DNA from: Planctomycetota bacterium | Lineage (GTDB): Bacteria; Planctomycetota; PUPC01; JACPCR01 | DNA length: 64,000 nucleotides | Assembly: GCA_016179685.1 (NCBI GenBank) | Contig: JACPCR010000051.1 | Span: 70,323 to 134,322, forward strand | Reading direction: 5' to 3' | Part shown: positions 46,619 to 55,896 of the stretch, piece after piece | How the letters are laid out: every line of letters begins with the position of its first letter | Position numbering within the stretch: the first letter of the stretch is position 1 | The notes under the pieces: generated by a model | The model's input: the letters and a program-made list of their open reading frames with translations, nothing else | Database searches by the model: none | What the model was told of the DNA's origin: nothing | Program-made: the position numbers and the translations under genes

Positions 46619-47481
46619 GGAGAATCTCCGGGTTGGATCAGGATCGGATCACCACCCAGCAGCGGGCTTGGCGGCAACTTTCCGAGCAGGAATGCAGCGG
46701 AGGCCGGGCCGTGGCCCAGCCCGAGTTGCACGATGGGTTCCAACCCCAGGGCCAAGCCGGCAAACTGGGCCAGATGCAGCAGGGGCAGGGGAAACTCCCG
46801 CCACGGACGCCGGCGAAACGAGCCGGGCCGGAAGTCGGGCCCCCCGTGACACCAGGGCGTCAGCGTGACCATGCAGTCGGCTTCCTGGTCCCGGGCCCCC
46901 ATCGCCTGTCTCAAAAATTGGGCGGTGGATGGCCTGCGGCTTTCGGTGGGATCTGCCGTTTCCAGGGTCCCCGGGATCACCTCGGCTTCGCAGGTGCGGA
47001 TGAGGCTGCCCAGGGCCTGGATTTGGTCGGACGTTTCCAGTCCGCTGATTCCGATCGCGGCGCGAATCCCCCTCAGGGGACGATAGAGGAACTTCCTCAG
47101 CCGTGCAGGCTCTTCCGCGGGCGCGAGCATGTCCAGGAGATGGAGCACGCGGGCCGAATGACGGGCCGGCGGCCTCGAATCCCCGCCGTCGCCCTCGGCC
47201 GGGCGGTCCACGGGCATCCGGTTCTTCCGAGCTTCCTCGAGGCGGAGCGCACACGAGCCGCAGAAGGTCATCAGGTCCAGACCCCGAGATGCGGCTGACT
47301 CCAGGGCGGCAACATCGGAGTCCGCACCGCCGGATTCGGCGAGGGGGGGACGTCCCGGCCCGGGCGCGTCCTGCAAGGGGAGCAGTTCCACGGCCAAGAG
47401 GGGTGAAAGGGCTAACGCGGCCGTTTGGACCTCATGACAGGGCCCCCGAGCCGTGCAGCCCGGAAAAAAAAGGTACCGCAT
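46615..47481 (-). CDS. Degenerate heterodisulfide reductase B / CCG-domain protein
   Basis: MRYLFFPGC, TFCGSC, VLHLLDML, RPLRGIR, ADCMVTLTPWC, LPLLHLAQFAGLALG...LGL match the HdrB scaffold; CCG motifs are missing. Confidence 0.7.
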   Translation of the reverse strand: MRYLFFPGCTARGPCHEVQTAALALSPLLAVELLPLQDAPGPGRPPLAESGGADSDVAALESAASRGLDLMTFCGSCALRLEEARKNRMPVDRPAEGDGGDSRPPARHSARVLHLLDMLAPAEEPARLRKFLYRPLRGIRAAIGISGLETSDQIQALGSLIRTCEAEVIPGTLETADPTESRRPSTAQFLRQAMGARDQEADCMVTLTPWCHGGPDFRPGSFRRRPWREFPLPLLHLAQFAGLALGLEPIVQLGLGHGPASAAFLLGKLPPSPLLGGDPILIQPGDSP

Positions 47482-47550
47482 GCGGAGAAAGTGTAAGAGA
47501 CGTGAACAGAGAGGCAAGCTTGCTCCGTGAATCGAATCGAAAATGAGCTA

Positions 47551-47578
47551 TTGACATTCCCGGGATTTTCCCTATTCT
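47551..47578 (+). promoter_or_regulatory. Putative sigma70 promoter of the frd operon
   Basis: TTGACA-N16-TATTCT; AGGAG RBS before the frdA ATG. Confidence 0.5.
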
Positions 47579-47641
47579 AAAATTTCCCCCTTGTGAAGAA
47601 GCCGGGCGCCACACCCGAAACAGACTGTCCAGCAGGAGCTT

Positions 47642-49405
47642 ATGACTGAAGTACTTCAGCACGACGTCGTTATTGTTGGCGGAGGCGGCGCAGGATTGCG
47701 AGCCGCCATCGCCGCTTGCGAGCTCGACCCGAAGCTTTCTGTCGCCATCGTTTCCAAGGTCTATCCCATGCGCAGCCATACCGTGTCGGCCGAAGGCGGG
47801 GCCGCCGCGGTGACCAGGGCTGACGACAGCTTCGAGCATCACATCAACGACACCATCACGGGGTCCGACTGGCTGGCGGACCAGGACGCGGTGGAGCTTT
47901 TCGTCAAGGAAGCTCCGGCGGAGATGACCCAGCTCGAGCACTGGGGCTGCCCCTGGAGCCGCGAGGCCAGCGGGAAGATCGCCGTCCGACCCTTCGGCGG
48001 CATGAAGATCGAACGCACGTGGTTCGCCGCGGACAAGACCGGCTTCCACATGCTTCATGCCTTGTTCCAGACCACGCTCAAGTACGATCGGCTGGTCCGA
48101 TACGACGAGTGGTTCGCGACCAAGCTCCTCGTCGAAGAGGGGCGGTGTCAGGGCCTCACGGCCATCGAGCTTCGGACCGGCCAGGTGCGCCTGATCGCGG
48201 CCCCCGCGGTCATCCTCTGCACGGGCGGGGCGGGCCGCATCTTCCCGTTCACGACCAACGCGGCCATCAAGACGGGGGACGGCATGGCCCTGGCCTACCG
48301 GGCCGGGGTGCCCCTCAAGGACATCGAATTTGTCCAGTACCACCCGACGGGCCTGCCCGGCACGGGTATCCTGATCACGGAGGCTGCTCGGGGCGAGGGC
48401 GGCATTCTCGTCAACAAGCACGGCCACCGCTACCTGCAGGACTACAACCTGGGCAAGCCCCTGGACGTGCACGATCCGAATCATCCTCAGAAGAGGACGA
48501 TGGAGCTGGGACCCCGGGACAAGCTCTCCCAATGTTTTGTGAAGGAGATGGAGAAGGGAAACACGATCGAGACGCCCTACGGGCACGTCGTTCACCTCGA
48601 CGTGCGTCACCTGGGCGAGAAGAAGATCGACAAGAAGATTCCCTTCGTCCGCGAGCTCGCCAAGAACTACGCCGGCATCGATCCGGTCTATGAGCCGATC
48701 CCCGTCCGTCCCGTGATCCATTACATGATGGGGGGCGTCCATACGGACACGCTGAACGCGGCCACGCCTCTGCCCGGCCTCTACGCCGCGGGCGAATGCG
48801 CCTGCGTCAGCATCAATGGCGCCAACCGGCTGGGCTCGAACTCGCTCACGGAACTGCTCGTCTTCGGAGCGAGGGCCGGTCAGGCGTCCGGCCAGTTCGC
48901 CCGCGACCATGCGCAGCTCCATCTCCCGGCCCTCGAGGCCATGGCCCGAGACGAGCAGGAACGCATCGCTCGCGACTTCATCCGCAAGGAAGGTGGGACA
49001 GAACGCGTCTCCACGATCCGGACCGAGTTGAACAAGACCATGGAGGAGGGGGCCGGCATCTACCGCACCGAGACCTCGCTCAAGGAAACCTGCGCGGTCA
49101 TCGCGAGGCTCCGCGAGCGCTATCCGAACGTCCGGCTCGACGACCGCAGCCTGAGTTTCAACACCGATCTCACAGCGGCCATCGAGCTGGGCTACCTGCT
49201 GGATGTTGCGGAAGCCCTGGCCCAGTCCGCTCTGGCCCGGACCGAGTCCCGGGGATCGCACCAGCGCACGGATTACCCGAAGCGGGACGACGTCAAGTTT
49301 CTCAAGCACTCGATGGCCTACCGGACGGACGGGGTCCCTCGGATCGAGTACCTGGACGTCACGATCACGAAGTGGCCGCCGGGTGAACGCAAGTACGGCA
49401 ATTGA
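47642..49405 (+). CDS. frdA: Fumarate reductase/succinate dehydrogenase flavoprotein subunit
   Basis: [20 protein letters not shown] (covalent FAD His), [46 protein letters not shown]. Confidence 0.95.
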   Translation: MTEVLQHDVVIVGGGGAGLRAAIAACELDPKLSVAIVSKVYPMRSHTVSAEGGAAAVTRADDSFEHHINDTITGSDWLADQDAVELFVKEAPAEMTQLEHWGCPWSREASGKIAVRPFGGMKIERTWFAADKTGFHMLHALFQTTLKYDRLVRYDEWFATKLLVEEGRCQGLTAIELRTGQVRLIAAPAVILCTGGAGRIFPFTTNAAIKTGDGMALAYRAGVPLKDIEFVQYHPTGLPGTGILITEAARGEGGILVNKHGHRYLQDYNLGKPLDVHDPNHPQKRTMELGPRDKLSQCFVKEMEKGNTIETPYGHVVHLDVRHLGEKKIDKKIPFVRELAKNYAGIDPVYEPIPVRPVIHYMMGGVHTDTLNAATPLPGLYAAGECACVSINGANRLGSNSLTELLVFGARAGQASGQFARDHAQLHLPALEAMARDEQERIARDFIRKEGGTERVSTIRTELNKTMEEGAGIYRTETSLKETCAVIARLRERYPNVRLDDRSLSFNTDLTAAIELGYLLDVAEALAQSALARTESRGSHQRTDYPKRDDVKFLKHSMAYRTDGVPRIEYLDVTITKWPPGERKYGN

Positions 49406-49507
49406 GCTCCTTCTCGGAGAAGCTGCCGGCTGGGCCCCGAGCCCCTTGCCCCGAATGCTTCTCGGCCGCCCGAATCTTTTGAAGGTTTCCTAGCTGCGGG
49501 AGCACTC

Positions 49508-50257
49508 ATGGCTGACCAGACGATCACCCTCGAAGTTTTCCGATATCGACCGGAGACGGACAACGAGCCGACTTTCCAGAAGTATGACGTCCCCTACCGA
49601 GCGGACTGGGTGGTGCTGGACGCGCTGAACTGGATCAAGGACAACGTGGACGGGACGCTCTCGTTCCGCTGGAGCTGTCGCATGGGGGTCTGCGGGAGCT
49701 GCGGCATGATGGTCAACGGCGTCCCGCGGCTCACCTGCTCCGCCTTCCTCAGGGAGTTCTTTCCTGAGCCGGTCCGCGTCGAGCCCCTGGCGAATTTTCC
49801 CGTCGAGCGCGACTTGATCGTTGGCCTGGACAGCTTCATGGAGAAGCTGAAGAAGGCCAAGCCGTGGCTCATCCGGAAAGAGGAGAAGCCGTTGAGCGAG
49901 GGAGAATATCTGCAGACGCCGGCCGAGCTGGCCCGGTACAAGCAGTTCTCCATGTGCATCAACTGCACGCTGTGCTACGCGGCCTGCCCCGTGGTCGGCC
50001 ACGAGCCGCACTTCCTCGGGCCCGCCGCCATCGCCCTGGCTCAACGCTACAACCTGGATTCCCGCGACCAGGGCAGGGATGAAAGACAGGAAATCGTCGC
50101 TGGACACGAGGCCGTCTGGGACTGCACCTTCGTCGGCGAATGCTCGCAGGTCTGCCCCAAGCACGTCGATCCCGCCGGGGCCATCCAGCAGGCCAAGATC
50201 GCCAGCACCATCGATTGGTACACCCGATTCCTCCTGCCGAAGGGACAGACAAGATGA
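49508..50257 (+). CDS. frdB: Fumarate reductase iron-sulfur subunit
   Basis: [13 protein letters not shown]...[30 protein letters not shown]. Confidence 0.95.
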   Translation: MADQTITLEVFRYRPETDNEPTFQKYDVPYRADWVVLDALNWIKDNVDGTLSFRWSCRMGVCGSCGMMVNGVPRLTCSAFLREFFPEPVRVEPLANFPVERDLIVGLDSFMEKLKKAKPWLIRKEEKPLSEGEYLQTPAELARYKQFSMCINCTLCYAACPVVGHEPHFLGPAAIALAQRYNLDSRDQGRDERQEIVAGHEAVWDCTFVGECSQVCPKHVDPAGAIQQAKIASTIDWYTRFLLPKGQTR

Positions 50258-50640
50258 AAGGGCCCTATATCCGACCCATCCCGTTCGACTGGTTCATGCA
50301 AACCGCCGCTTACCGGCGCTTCATGGTCCGGGAGCTGACCAGCGTCTTCATCGCCGGATACCTCATCTTTCTGCTCGTGTTTCTTCACCGGGCGGGCCAG
50401 GATGACAAGGCCTTCGGGGCGCTTCTCGAGTGCCTGCGAAGCCCCGTCTCCCTCGTGCTCCATCTCCTCGTCCTCGGCGCCGCCCTTTTCCATTCCATCA
50501 CGTGGTTCAACCTGACCCCCCAAGCCATGCCGGTCCGAATCGGCGAGGAGCGCCTCCCGGACGCTCTCGTCGCGGTCCTCGGCGGCTACCTGCCCTGGAT
50601 CGTCGTCAGCGTCGTCATTTTCTGGGGCGTTCTGGGATAG
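50254..50640 (+). CDS. frdC: Fumarate reductase membrane anchor subunit C
   Basis: PYIRP...W...[21 protein letters not shown]; three TM; follows frdB with ATGA overlap. Confidence 0.88.
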   Translation: MKGPYIRPIPFDWFMQTAAYRRFMVRELTSVFIAGYLIFLLVFLHRAGQDDKAFGALLECLRSPVSLVLHLLVLGAALFHSITWFNLTPQAMPVRIGEERLPDALVAVLGGYLPWIVVSVVIFWGVLG

Positions 50641-50725
50641 GCCGGAGGCGGACGTGCTCCGCGTGCGGCCCCCCTTGACCTCCGCGTCGTCCCATCCAAG
50701 AGTTCCTTTCTTCAAGCAGGTGGCT

Positions 50726-51073
50726 ATGGCACGTTCCAAAGAAGTCTTCTGGTGGTCGCTCTTCTCCGCCGGCGGAGCCCTCTCCGCCCTCTTCCTCCCG
50801 GCCATCGTCGCCGTCACGGGCCTGGCCGTGCCGCACATGGCTGGCAACGAGCATGCCATCCGGCACGATGTGCACCAGACCCTCGTCTGGTGGCCCGTGC
50901 GGCTCGTGTTTCTCGGCGTCATCGGCCTCTCCTTCTTCCACTGCGCACACCGAATGCGCCATACCGCGATGGACCTCGGCCTGCGCCACGCCTCGACGGC
51001 CCTGGGAGTCCTTTTCTACGGCGGCGCCATCGCCGGCTGCATTGCCGCCGCCTGCGTGCTTCGCACCTGGTGA
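50726..51073 (+). other. frdD: Fumarate reductase membrane anchor subunit D
   Basis: RSKEVFWWSLFSAGG...ALFLP, FHCAHRMRH...DLG; three TM. Confidence 0.88.
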
Positions 51074-51136
51074 GGGGCCCGCAAGTGCTAACCTTCCGGT
51101 TCATCAGCGCCTAAATCGAACGCGACACGCCGAAAC

Positions 51137-51733
51137 ATGTCGAGTGCCCTCGCCGTACGTGCTCTGGTACTGGCCTGCCTCGCCTGGCTTGCCGTTATTT
51201 TCTCGGCCGAGGGCCAGGCCGGCCCGGGGCGACTCGTTGGACAAGGTGAGGTCGAATACCAGGGCCGGAAGTTCACCATCCAGTCCGCCGTCGCCATCTG
51301 GCGGCCCAAGACCGCGTCCCTCTGGATCATGCTCCATCCGGTGTCTTTCACCCCAGAGGAAGAGGCCAAGATTCTGAAGGATAAGAGCACTCAAGATGTC
51401 CTCGAGGCCAAGCCCAGCCCAGACCCCAAGCTCTGGAGCTGGGTCCCCAGCATCTGGATCACTGCCAATTTCAAGCCGGGCTCGAAAGTCTATAGCCCCG
51501 CGGCGCTCGAATCCGCCACCCTCGCTTTTTTGAAATTCGAGAACGCAAGCAGCTCTTCTACCCTCTCCGGCAGCGGCTTCAAGTTCCACCAGGACTTCCA
51601 GTCCCTTACCGTCACCGAGATGAAGGAAGGCGGCAAGGTGACCTGCTCGGTCCGCTCCCAGGACCCTGCCACCCATCACTACAAACTTCAGGGGAAGGTC
51701 GAGACCTTGATCATTTCAGAGGTCAATTTCTGA
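51137..51733 (+). CDS. Exported hypothetical protein
   Basis: 198-aa ORF with a signal peptide and host-like codon usage. Confidence 0.7.
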   Translation: MSSALAVRALVLACLAWLAVIFSAEGQAGPGRLVGQGEVEYQGRKFTIQSAVAIWRPKTASLWIMLHPVSFTPEEEAKILKDKSTQDVLEAKPSPDPKLWSWVPSIWITANFKPGSKVYSPAALESATLAFLKFENASSSSTLSGSGFKFHQDFQSLTVTEMKEGGKVTCSVRSQDPATHHYKLQGKVETLIISEVNF

Positions 51734-52131
51734 TGAAATCCGCGCAGCCCGGAGGGCGCAGCATTTCTTCTCTTGAAATCCGCGCAGCCCGGAGGGCGCA
51801 GCGGATTTCAGCGGAGAAGTTGAAAGGTGTCCCGCCAGACTTGTCCCAGTGGGAGGCGGGTCGGGTGTCAGTTGATTCCTGGACCTTGAACCCTGACACC
51901 TTTTGTACCCTTATTGGGTTGCGGGCTTCGCCCGCCTTAAGAGAAGCGCCGACCACGGAGGGGCAGAGCGAGAAATGGCCTCGGCCTCGGCCTTCGCCAT
52001 TTCTTCTCTTGAAATCGGCCTGTCGGCGGATTTCAATAAAACCTTCTGCTGACGCGCCAGGGTTGGGCCGGCGAAGCCGGGCCGACCCTGGCTCTGAAAT
52101 CCGCGCAGCCCGGAGGGCGCAGCGGATTTCA
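51734..52131. repeat. Mosaic of palindromic REP-like units (BIME-like)
   Basis: TGAAATCC...GGATTTCA units at 51734 (partial), 51774-51810, ~52010-52035 (variant) and 52095-52131; long hairpin at 52056-52092; 51890-51942 is homologous (inverted) to 22265-22317. Confidence 0.85.
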
Positions 52132-52154
52132 CTAGGTTCTTACCCGGTCTCCTC

Positions 52155-53537
52155 ATGCCTTCGGCGACTGCCATGCCTTCGTCCGAGTCCAAGAGAATCC
52201 ACTGGGCGGTGGTATGGTGCCTTTCGCCCCTGTTCGTGGCGCTGGCTCTCTACGGCATCGGCCGCCTCTGGAGGAACTCGTTTCTGGGCCGGATCGAGGA
52301 GCAGCTCGCCCAGGTCCGTGAACAGGGATTCCCTTCCTCCCTCAAGGAACTGAACTCGTGGTATCCGCAGCCGGCAGGAGAGAACGCGGCCGACCTCTAT
52401 GGAAGGGCACTCTTCAATCTCCATCCGCCCGCATCAGAATTGCAGAAGGGGCCCCCTCCGCAACTTTCAAGACCCTTGATACCCGGAGAGCAGCTTTCGG
52501 AGGAGGTCCGAAAGGCTATCGAGGAATGGCTTCTCGCTAACCGAGAGAGCCTGGAGCACCTGCGCCGGGCCGCGGCCGTCCGTGAATGCCGTTACCCCAT
52601 TGATTTGACCCGGGGTTTCCAGACGCCCTTGTCTCATCTCCAGGGCCTTCAACAGGCGTCTCGGCTGCTCTACCATGAGACGGTCTACCATGCAGAAAGG
52701 GGAGAGCGACAGGAGGCCATTCTTTCGTTCGTGACCCACCTCAGCCTGGCGCGGTCCCTGAATGACGAGCCGGTGTTGCTTTCCTACCTCATTCAGGGGG
52801 CCATACGGAATTTCTGCTTTCGTTCGCTCGAAAGAATTCTCAGCCATGTCGAGTTGAGCGAAGAAGAGCTTTTGCGGTTGGCGGCAGAATTCGAGGGGGC
52901 CAGAAACCCGGACGGCCTATTGCGAGCGATGGCCGCGGAGCGTTGCAGCGGCGCCGCGTTGTTCCTGGGCCTCATGGATGGCACGGCCGACGAGACTACC
53001 GTAGGTCCGCTTGGAATAACACTCCCGTGGTCCATCCTCCCCGTGAATCTCTTCGTTGCCGACAACTTGCTCCTGTACCTCGACTTGATGGATCAGAATG
53101 TTCAGGCCTGCCGATTGCCGGCGAGGGAGAAGCTGGCCCAGTTCAAGAAAATCGAAGTACAGGTTCAGAACCTGTCGAAATATCGTTTTCTCTTGCAGAT
53201 ATTCTTTCCTGCATTGTCTCGGTGCGCACTGGATGACCTGAGAGACGAGGTTCAGTGCCACATCGTCCGCGTGGCTCTGGCCGTGGAGCGATACCGGCTC
53301 ATCCATGGGAAGCTCCCGGACAGTCTGTCGGCTCTGACGCCCGATTTCCTGGAGTCGATCCCCGGCGATCCTTTTGCCCCCTCCGGCCCCCTTTCTTACG
53401 GACTCAAAAAGGTGGGGTACGTCCTGTACAGCGTCGGAGAATACGGGAACAACAGCGGGGATAATCCGCCCATAGAAGCCACTGAACGGTGGTGGGCGTT
53501 CAAGGATACCCTGGTGATTTTCCGCGTCGCACGTTGA
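52155..53537 (+). CDS. Hypothetical membrane-anchored helical protein with a C-terminal GspG/pilin-like motif
   Basis: N-terminal TM; ENAADLY; C-terminal ALAVERYRLIHGKLPDSL..L.P....IPGDPF...YVLYSVG. Confidence 0.65.
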   Translation: MPSATAMPSSESKRIHWAVVWCLSPLFVALALYGIGRLWRNSFLGRIEEQLAQVREQGFPSSLKELNSWYPQPAGENAADLYGRALFNLHPPASELQKGPPPQLSRPLIPGEQLSEEVRKAIEEWLLANRESLEHLRRAAAVRECRYPIDLTRGFQTPLSHLQGLQQASRLLYHETVYHAERGERQEAILSFVTHLSLARSLNDEPVLLSYLIQGAIRNFCFRSLERILSHVELSEEELLRLAAEFEGARNPDGLLRAMAAERCSGAALFLGLMDGTADETTVGPLGITLPWSILPVNLFVADNLLLYLDLMDQNVQACRLPAREKLAQFKKIEVQVQNLSKYRFLLQIFFPALSRCALDDLRDEVQCHIVRVALAVERYRLIHGKLPDSLSALTPDFLESIPGDPFAPSGPLSYGLKKVGYVLYSVGEYGNNSGDNPPIEATERWWAFKDTLVIFRVAR

Positions 53538-53589
53538 CGGAGCGCTGCTATCGCATCCCGCGCCGGCGACCGGACCGGATCGGTGACGA

Positions 53590-53617
53590 TTGACACCGCC
53601 TGATCGCTCCTTATCAT
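53590..53617 (+). promoter_or_regulatory. sigma70 promoter, probably producing a leaderless mRNA
   Basis: TTGACA-N16-TATCAT ends 7 nt before ATG 53625; no Shine-Dalgarno. Confidence 0.55.
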
Positions 53618-53624
53618 CAGAGTC

Positions 53625-54095
53625 ATGCGGATCGGAATTGTGTCGGACTCTCATGATCACCTGACGCACCTGCGCCGGGCGGTCGAAATGCTCGAACAAC
53701 GCGGGGCCGAGGTCGTCCTTCATGGCGGCGATTTCGTCGCGCCGTTCGCCGTCAAGGAGCTTCTCAAGGCCAAGATGCCCGTCCATGCCGTGTTCGGAAA
53801 CAACGACGGCGAGCGCCAGGGCATCCGAAAGCTCTTCCCGGCGGTTCAGGACCCGCCCCTGGTCCTTCAACTCGGCGGGCGCAAGATTGTCCTCGACCAC
53901 TATCCCGAGGTGGCGAGCCGTGCGGAGGCCCGTGGTGCGGACGTTCTGATTTTCGGCCACACTCACCATCTCGTCGTCCAACCGGGCCCCCCGCTGATGC
54001 TCAATCCGGGCGAATGCTGCGGGTGGCTGACGGGCCGGGCGACGTGCGCGATGCTCGATACCGAGACCCTGAAGGTGGAGCTACTGGATTTATGA
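53625..54095 (+). CDS. YfcE/MJ0936 family phosphodiesterase
   Basis: IVSDSHD, HGGD, VFGNND, FGHTH, LNPGE. Confidence 0.9.
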   Translation: MRIGIVSDSHDHLTHLRRAVEMLEQRGAEVVLHGGDFVAPFAVKELLKAKMPVHAVFGNNDGERQGIRKLFPAVQDPPLVLQLGGRKIVLDHYPEVASRAEARGADVLIFGHTHHLVVQPGPPLMLNPGECCGWLTGRATCAMLDTETLKVELLDL

Positions 54096-54655
54096 CTGCC
54101 CGGGGCTGGAAAGGGCTTGACGGACGACAGGGAGACCGCGGCACGGTCCGCCGCCGGAGTCCTGTCCGGTTGGCGGCCGCCCTGGCGTGGGTTGCCGTCT
54201 TGGCTCTCACCGGCTGCGTCACCCGGACCATGACCATCGAGACGGACCCGCCGGGCGCCGAGGTGTTCGCCGGCGGCGAATACCTCGGTAGCTCACCGGT
54301 GACCCGTCCATTCGTGTTTTACGGCACTCAGGACATCGTCCTGCGCAAGAAGGGGTACGAGGTCAAGACGGTGCCGATGAAGCTCCGGCCGCCGTTCTAC
54401 CAGCGGTTTCCCATCGATTTTGTGCCGGAGGTCCTTTATCCGGGCCAGATTCGGGATGATCAGAAATTCGCTTATGTGCTGGAGGCCAGTTCAACACAAG
54501 CTCCGGCGGACCTGGTGGAGAGGGCCCGGGAGGTCCGGCAGCGGCTGGATTCGGTGCCTCTGGAGACCTCGCAGAAGCGTGCGAAGAAGAAAAAAACGGG
54601 GCACGGGACGTTCCCCTACCCGGCCCGCAGCCGGCACTGGTGGCATCGGCGGTGA
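54092..54655 (+). CDS. PEGA-domain lipoprotein
   Basis: Lipobox LTGC; TIETDPPGAEV...YLGSSP...LRKKGYE. Confidence 0.8.
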   Translation: MTARGWKGLDGRQGDRGTVRRRSPVRLAAALAWVAVLALTGCVTRTMTIETDPPGAEVFAGGEYLGSSPVTRPFVFYGTQDIVLRKKGYEVKTVPMKLRPPFYQRFPIDFVPEVLYPGQIRDDQKFAYVLEASSTQAPADLVERAREVRQRLDSVPLETSQKRAKKKKTGHGTFPYPARSRHWWHRR

Positions 54656-54686
54656 AGCGGCCACGCCGCAGGGGAATCTTCCATTG

Positions 54687-55859
54687 ATGACATCGCGTGA
54701 CCGGGTTTCGACGCTCCTGAGTGGACGTCAGGCGGACTGCATCGGTTTGTTCGAGCACGGCGCGTGGCCGGAAACCCTCGCGGCTTGGGTCCATCAGGGT
54801 TATCCCACGCGGAGGGTCTCGAAGGCCGCAGGCGACAGGCGCTGGAATCCTGAGGACGGCAGGTCGATTCCGGTCACCGAGGACGGTTCATACCCGGAGC
54901 CTGTCCCGTTCCACGAGCATTTCGAGCACGACATGGTGAGCGTCGGCGGGTGGTTTGACATGATGCCCCTGCGCGGGCGGAGCGAAGTCGTCCAGGAGAC
55001 CGAGGAGTGGGTCATCCGGAGGAACGGCGCAGGAGCGGCCTATAAGCATTGGAAACATCGGAGCGGCACGCCGGGCCCGGTCGATTTTCTCATGAGCGGC
55101 CGTGAAATTTGGGAACGCGATTACCGGCCGCACCTGCTGGCTCTGGACCCGGCCCGAGTCCATGCAGCGGGACAGGCAAAATCCCTCCGGCAAGGAAGAG
55201 CACGCGGCGTCTGGACCTTTTTCGGCCACCTTTTCATCTGGGAACAGCTCCGACAGAGCCTCGGGGATGAATCCATGTATGCTCACCTCGTGCTGGACCC
55301 GGGATGGATTCGGGACTTCAACCGGGTTTACACCGATTTTTACAAGACGCATTATGCTTATCTGTTCGAGCACGGCGGTGTGCCTGACGGCGTGTGGATT
55401 TACGAGGACCTCGCCTACAACAGTGGACTGCTGGCCTCGCCAGAGAAATTGCGCGACCTGGTCTTCCCCTTCTACCGTGAGATCGTGGATTTCTTCAAGG
55501 GCTATGGCCTGCCCGTCATTCTTCACACGGATGGCAACATCGGCGAGGCCATCCCGATGATCCTCGAAGCCGGTTTTGTCGGACTGAACCCCATCGAGCG
55601 CAAGAATCCCGCCAATGATCCCCTCCGTTTTGCCGAGCAGTACGGCGATAGACTGGTCTTCATCGGCGGTTTCGACGAACGGATTCTCGAGACGAACGAT
55701 AAGGCCGTGATCCGCCGGGAGATTTCTTCCTATCTGGAGGGGATGAAGGCCCGCGGCGCCCGCCTGCTTTTTGCCACCGACCACACGATTTCCTCCCTGG
55801 TGCGCTATGACAGCTATCGGTACGGGCTTGACGTCTACCGCGCACACAGGATGTATTGA
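54687..55859 (+). CDS. Uroporphyrinogen decarboxylase (URO-D/MtbA-like) family protein
   Basis: MTSRDRV, YEDLAY...LLASP, ILHTDGNI, GLNPIE, FIGGFD, TDHTI. Confidence 0.85.
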   Translation: MTSRDRVSTLLSGRQADCIGLFEHGAWPETLAAWVHQGYPTRRVSKAAGDRRWNPEDGRSIPVTEDGSYPEPVPFHEHFEHDMVSVGGWFDMMPLRGRSEVVQETEEWVIRRNGAGAAYKHWKHRSGTPGPVDFLMSGREIWERDYRPHLLALDPARVHAAGQAKSLRQGRARGVWTFFGHLFIWEQLRQSLGDESMYAHLVLDPGWIRDFNRVYTDFYKTHYAYLFEHGGVPDGVWIYEDLAYNSGLLASPEKLRDLVFPFYREIVDFFKGYGLPVILHTDGNIGEAIPMILEAGFVGLNPIERKNPANDPLRFAEQYGDRLVFIGGFDERILETNDKAVIRREISSYLEGMKARGARLLFATDHTISSLVRYDSYRYGLDVYRAHRMY

Positions 55860-55896
55860 TGGTGAACAGACGTGTGATCCGGAGAAATGCACTTTC

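Noticed and set aside
46615-47481. Selenocysteine recoding to explain missing Cys in the HdrB-like and IscU-like proteins
   Set aside because: Neither ORF has an in-frame TGA at those positions; the codons are ordinary sense substitutions.
51734-52131. Repeats as a CRISPR array
   Set aside because: Spacing is irregular, the intervening sequence is itself repeat-derived, copies are dispersed, and there are no cas genes.
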